Assembly: GCA_963663385.2 (NCBI GenBank) | Contig: CAXXXD010000002.1 | Span: 224,001 to 288,000 of the forward strand | DNA: 64,000 nt | Direction: 5' to 3' | From: Oceanispirochaeta sp. | GTDB lineage: Bacteria; Spirochaetota; Spirochaetia; DSM-2461 | In this document: one piece after another, positions 59,903 to 64,000 of the stretch | Layout of the letters: the number at the start of each line of letters is the position of its first letter | Numbering within the stretch: the stretch's first letter is position 1 | Notes under the pieces: generated by a model | The model's database searches: none | Seen by the model: only the letters and a program-made list of their open reading frames with translations | Told to the model about the DNA's origin: nothing | Position numbers and translations under genes: made by a program

Positions 59903-61618
59903 ATGAAAGTTCTCTATAATCACATCGGCTATGAGCCGAAAGGTGAAACACGCATCATTCTGGAATCATCGGTTCCTTTACCCGACCAGCCCCGGGCTTT
60001 TCTGCTGGACGAGGCGGGAAGGACAACCGGCATGGACGGAGATATGAGTTTTCTGGGGGAGGTCTCCGGCTGGCAGGGACGGTTCTACTACGACTGGCCG
60101 TTTGACCTCCCCGATGCAGGGGAAGGCCGTTACCGTCTGATGATCCGCTCGGGCTCCGAATCCGTTCTCACCGACAGCTTTGAGATTCGGGCAGGCCTGT
60201 TTGCGGATCTTCTGATCACCGATATTCTATGCTACTTCCGTTCCGTCCGCTGCTCTGATGAGTACGACAGGCAGGACCGGAGTCTCCCCATCACGGGAAG
60301 TCAGGACCGCCGGGTGGATGTCCGGGGCGGATGGTACGATGCTTCGGGAGATGTGAGCAAGTACCTGAGTCATCTAAGCTATGCGAACTACATGAATCCC
60401 CAGCAGACACCGGCGGTGGTGTGGCTGATGAGTGAGGGCTTAGACTCCCTTCAGCGGGAGAGGCCCGGGCTGGCAGAAGCCAGGGAGTCCTGCTTTATCC
60501 GGGAGATCCTCCACGGGGCTGATTTCCTTATGCGGATGCAGGACCCGGAAGGATACTTCTATATGACTGTTTTCGATCAATGGTCGGGGGACAGCAGCCG
60601 GAGACAGATCTGCGCGTATAGAACCCAGCAGGGTGAACTGGTGGAGAGCTATCAGGCGGGGTTCCGTCAGGGGGGCGGTATGGCGGTGGCGGCCCTGGCC
60701 AGAACGGCGGGGCTGAAGCGGGAGGGGGTTTTCGGCAGCCGGGAGTATCTGGCGGCTGCCGAGAAGGGATTCGCTCACCTGCAGGAGCATAACTGTGCCT
60801 ATCTGGATGACGGACAGGAGAATATCATAGATGACTACTGCGCCCTGCTGGCGGCAGCAGAGCTCTTTGCGGTCACCGGATGCCCTGATTATCTGGAGGC
60901 GGCGGAGTTTCGGGCCGGGAATCTGATAAGCCGATTGTCCGAGGACGAGAACGGCCGCGGCTGGTGGCGGGCGGATGATAAGGGTGAGATTCCCTATTTT
61001 CATGCCGTTGAAGCGGGTCTGCCGGTTCTGGCTCTGATCCGGTTTGCCGAAGTCGCGGGGGACAGGACCGACCGGTCCTGTCTGAAGAGAGCCGTTACAG
61101 ACTCTCTGAGGTTTGAACTGTCCGTTACCGGGGAAGTGAACAATCCCTTCGGTTATCCCCGGCAGTATGTGAAACCTGTCAACGGGAAGAAACAGACGGC
61201 CTTCTTCTTTCCCCATGAGAATCCTTCGGGTTACTGGTGGCAGGGGGAGAATGCCCGGCTGGCTTCGCTGGCCATGGCCGCCCGGAAAGGACTCTCCTGT
61301 TTTGATGATACCTCGGATCGGGAGGCTCTGCGGGACTATGGAGATAATCTGCTGCACTGGATACTCGGCAGGAATCCCTTCGACCTGTGCATGCTCACCG
61401 GACGGGGACGCAATAATCCCGAAGCGGAACCCGGGCATCTGAATTTTCCCGGCGGAGTTATCAACGGGATTACCTCCCATCCGGAAGAAGAACAGGATAT
61501 CGCATTTCTGCCTGAGCCCTACGGCCGGGAGGGTATGCACCGCTGGCGCTGGTGCGAGCAGTGGATTCCCCATGCCGCCTGGCTTCTGGGCGTCCTTTGC
61601 ACGGGAATCGAAGGATGA
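59903..61618 (+). CDS. GH9 glycoside hydrolase, cytoplasmic, exo-beta-glucosaminidase-like
   Basis: NHIGY, DVRGGWYDASGD.SKYLSHLSYANY, YWWQGENARL, W.LGRNP, EQWIPH; no signal peptide. Confidence 0.88.
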   Translation: MKVLYNHIGYEPKGETRIILESSVPLPDQPRAFLLDEAGRTTGMDGDMSFLGEVSGWQGRFYYDWPFDLPDAGEGRYRLMIRSGSESVLTDSFEIRAGLFADLLITDILCYFRSVRCSDEYDRQDRSLPITGSQDRRVDVRGGWYDASGDVSKYLSHLSYANYMNPQQTPAVVWLMSEGLDSLQRERPGLAEARESCFIREILHGADFLMRMQDPEGYFYMTVFDQWSGDSSRRQICAYRTQQGELVESYQAGFRQGGGMAVAALARTAGLKREGVFGSREYLAAAEKGFAHLQEHNCAYLDDGQENIIDDYCALLAAAELFAVTGCPDYLEAAEFRAGNLISRLSEDENGRGWWRADDKGEIPYFHAVEAGLPVLALIRFAEVAGDRTDRSCLKRAVTDSLRFELSVTGEVNNPFGYPRQYVKPVNGKKQTAFFFPHENPSGYWWQGENARLASLAMAARKGLSCFDDTSDREALRDYGDNLLHWILGRNPFDLCMLTGRGRNNPEAEPGHLNFPGGVINGITSHPEEEQDIAFLPEPYGREGMHRWRWCEQWIPHAAWLLGVLCTGIEG

Positions 61619-61815
61619 ACCGGACTGACCATTTTTATCCGAATCCCGTCTTCTTTCAGACCGGCTATGAGGCGGATCGGGATCTCTGGGAGAGTTATAA
61701 TCGCCCTGTACGGGAGCTCTGCACCCTGCTGACGGAAGGTGTCCGGCAGCCCCGGGGATTTTTCTGGGTGGACTTTCCCCTGCGGCGGGCCACTGAGGCT
61801 CCGGGGATCCGCTGA
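61615..61815 (+). CDS. Short ORF, possibly a truncated last gene of the GH9 operon
   Basis: ATGA overlap with the GH9 stop; 66 aa; ends 4 nt from a convergent gene. Confidence 0.4.
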   Translation: MNRTDHFYPNPVFFQTGYEADRDLWESYNRPVRELCTLLTEGVRQPRGFFWVDFPLRRATEAPGIR

Positions 61816-61819
61816 TATC

Positions 61820-62542
61820 CTACAGGACTTTTGAAAGGAAGTCTCTGGTCCTTTCATTCTGAGGATTGCCGAAAAGCTCTTCGGGCGGTCTGTTCTCAAC
61901 AATGACCCCCTCATCGATGAACAGAACCCTGTTGCTGACTTCTCTGGCAAAACCCATTTCGTGGGTGACCACCACCATGGTCATTCCCTCAGAGGCCAGC
62001 TGCTTGATAACATCAAGCACTTCTCCGACCATTTCGGGGTCAAGAGCGCTTGTGGGTTCGTCAAAAAGCATGATGTCAGGATTCATCGCAAGAGCTCTGG
62101 CGATGGCCACTCTCTGCTTCTGACCGCCGGAAAGACGGTTGGGATACTCATCTATCTTGTCAGAGAGACCGACCCGTTCAAGAAGTTCCGCCGCTTTGAC
62201 CTTTGCCTCTTCAGCGCTCATCTTCCCCAGTTTCACAGGCGCAAGGGTGATATTTTCCAGTACGGATTTATGGGGGAAAAGATTGAACTGCTGAAAAACC
62301 ATACCCACTTTCTCCCGGAGTCTATCCACATCCGTTTCCGGGGCGGTGATATCAGTCCCTTCGATAAAAATATGCCCCGACGTGGGCTCTTCAAGCAGAT
62401 TCAAGCATCTTAAAAAGGTGCTTTTCCCGCTTCCTGAAGGACCTATGACACTGATCACTTCTCCCGGATTAACCTGTTCGTTTATCCCTCTGAGGACTTC
62501 CAGTTTTCCGAAATATTTATGTAATTCGACGACTTTAATCAC
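61820..62542 (-). CDS. Polar amino-acid ABC transporter ATP-binding protein (GlnQ-like)
   Basis: [35 protein letters not shown]. Confidence 0.97.
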   Translation of the reverse strand: MIKVVELHKYFGKLEVLRGINEQVNPGEVISVIGPSGSGKSTFLRCLNLLEEPTSGHIFIEGTDITAPETDVDRLREKVGMVFQQFNLFPHKSVLENITLAPVKLGKMSAEEAKVKAAELLERVGLSDKIDEYPNRLSGGQKQRVAIARALAMNPDIMLFDEPTSALDPEMVGEVLDVIKQLASEGMTMVVVTHEMGFAREVSNRVLFIDEGVIVENRPPEELFGNPQNERTRDFLSKVL

Positions 62543-63215
62543 TGTTCTTCATTCTCCTTTCGGCCCTGGAAAGCATATGGGAAAGGCTTAGGGTGAGTAT
62601 AAGATAGATAATCGCCGTGGCGATTAGGGGGATTGTCGCTTCATATGTAATGCTTCTTATCTTGTTCCCGGCCCGCATCAGATCGTTTCCGCCGATAAAA
62701 CCGATGATCGAGGTTTCTTTAAGCAGAACGATAAACTCGTTTCCAAGGGCCGGAAGGATATTCTTGACGGCCTGGGGCAGGATAATCTCCTGCATCGCCA
62801 TGCGGTGAGGCATTCCCAGGGAGCGGGCCGCCTCCATTTGTCCTTTCGAGACGGCCTGTATCCCCGCTCTGATGATTTCAGAGACATAGGCTCCCGAGTT
62901 TATTCCGAACGCAATGATGGCAGCCACGGTTTTGTTGATATCAAAGGATTGAAAAACAACAAAATAGATAATCAGCAGCTGAACCAGAACGGGGGTTCCT
63001 CTGATTAGTTCTGTATACGCTCTTGCGGTTAGATTGAGTACTCTTTTTCTGGACATCCTCATAAGGGCTATAACTGTACCCAGCACAACACCGAGGAAAA
63101 CGGCAAACAAGGTCACCACCAGGGTGACCTTAAGCCCGTTACACATAAGTGTTATGCCGTTGGGACCAGCCTCCCACAGCTCTTCAAAAAGAGTCCTTTT
63201 AACGGCATCTATCAA
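62535..63215 (-). CDS. Polar amino-acid ABC transporter permease
   Basis: [24 protein letters not shown]. Confidence 0.96.
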   Translation of the reverse strand: MIDAVKRTLFEELWEAGPNGITLMCNGLKVTLVVTLFAVFLGVVLGTVIALMRMSRKRVLNLTARAYTELIRGTPVLVQLLIIYFVVFQSFDINKTVAAIIAFGINSGAYVSEIIRAGIQAVSKGQMEAARSLGMPHRMAMQEIILPQAVKNILPALGNEFIVLLKETSIIGFIGGNDLMRAGNKIRSITYEATIPLIATAIIYLILTLSLSHMLSRAERRMKNSD

Positions 63216-63224
63216 AATCTTCTC

Positions 63225-63962
63225 CTATTTCATGAACTGTACAAGCAGTTCATTGTATTTCCCGCCTGATTTAAGTCTTTCGAGAGTTTTGTTAACAGAG
63301 GCAAGCAGTTCCTTATCCCCTTTCCTGATCGCGATTCCATAGTATTCGGGATCAAAATCAAAGGAAAGGATTTCAAGATCGGGATTTTTATTGATGAAAC
63401 TCAGAGCGGGCTGCTGATCTATAATAAGGCAGTCTACCTTACCGTTTTTCAGCTCCATTACAGCTTCAAAGCCGGTATTGAATGCGGAGATATTTCCCTC
63501 TTCCGTATACTTGCTGGCCATATCATTTCCGGTTGTACCGAGCTGAACAGACATCTTTTTGTCCTTAAGGTCATCAATGGCTTTAATGGCGCTTTGTCCC
63601 TTCTTTACTATTACCGCCTGGGTTGCCTCGTAGTAGGGCTCGGAAAAGTTCACGCTTTCCGCTCTTTGGGGATTGATGGTCATCCCGGCAATAACAAAAT
63701 CGATCTTATCCGCGTTAAGAGCTGTCAGGAGTGTATCGAATTCCATATCCTCAATCTCAAGCTCCCTGCCCAGGTCCTTTGCAATTTCCCTGGCGATTTC
63801 CACATCAAATCCGACCACTTCATCACCGGTGGATCCTCCGATAAATTCAAAAGGAGGGAAGGCCGCATTGGTACCCATAACAATGGTATCTTTCTTTTTT
63901 GAACATCCGGCAAGGGCAATTGTAGAAATAATCAGGGCAATGATCAGTTTATTGAATTTCAT
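63225..63962 (-). CDS. Polar amino-acid ABC transporter binding lipoprotein
   Basis: Lipobox LAGC; FPPFEF, GFDVEIA, FSEPYY. Confidence 0.96.
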   Translation of the reverse strand: MKFNKLIIALIISTIALAGCSKKKDTIVMGTNAAFPPFEFIGGSTGDEVVGFDVEIAREIAKDLGRELEIEDMEFDTLLTALNADKIDFVIAGMTINPQRAESVNFSEPYYEATQAVIVKKGQSAIKAIDDLKDKKMSVQLGTTGNDMASKYTEEGNISAFNTGFEAVMELKNGKVDCLIIDQQPALSFINKNPDLEILSFDFDPEYYGIAIRKGDKELLASVNKTLERLKSGGKYNELLVQFMK

Positions 63963-64000
63963 TTTGTATCTCCGCTTTTCGTTTTTTTTCGGTCATACTA

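Noticed and set aside
60440..61573. 377-aa minus-strand ORF
   Set aside because: Antisense shadow of the GH9 gene; no motifs
1..64000. tRNA, rRNA, CRISPR arrays, integrases, transposases, prophage or defence genes
   Set aside because: No such signatures seen by eye; tRNAscan and Infernal would be needed to exclude small RNAs fully

Overview
Gene-dense bacterial chromosomal segment, probably from a free-living saccharolytic spirochaete (inferred from solute-binding proteins with spirochaete-type 'AGG/ANG-Q' N-termini, a spirochaete-style ssb and many sugar ABC loci). Contents in order: (1) a GntR/AraR-type locus with a sugar ABC transporter, a GH63/trehalase-like hydrolase, a histidine phosphatase and a divergent GDPD; (2) an AT-rich two-gene signalling insert; (3) a LacI locus with ABC, PfkB and GH4; (4) a ribose-type ABC with a UROD/MtaA-like enzyme and a YesMN-type two-component pair; (5) a divergent 11-gene lipid locus around an XRE-HTH + CarH-type cobalamin-binding regulator; (6) a hybrid kinase/HD-GYP phosphorelay; (7) an unannotated 35-aa acidic mini-gene beside a PIG-L/GT4/invertase-like operon, glgC, ssb and an APC-EIIA fusion; (8) a patch of pseudogene remnants; (9) a LacI/ABC/GH9 locus; (10) a polar amino-acid ABC transporter. 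No rRNA, tRNA, CRISPR array or intact mobile element was seen. The best candidate for a new system is the putative B12-photoreceptor-controlled pathway for fatty-acid salvage and membrane remodelling at 27471-39202, which has a visible operator in each divergent promoter. Family assignments come from motif recognition by eye; no database searches were run.
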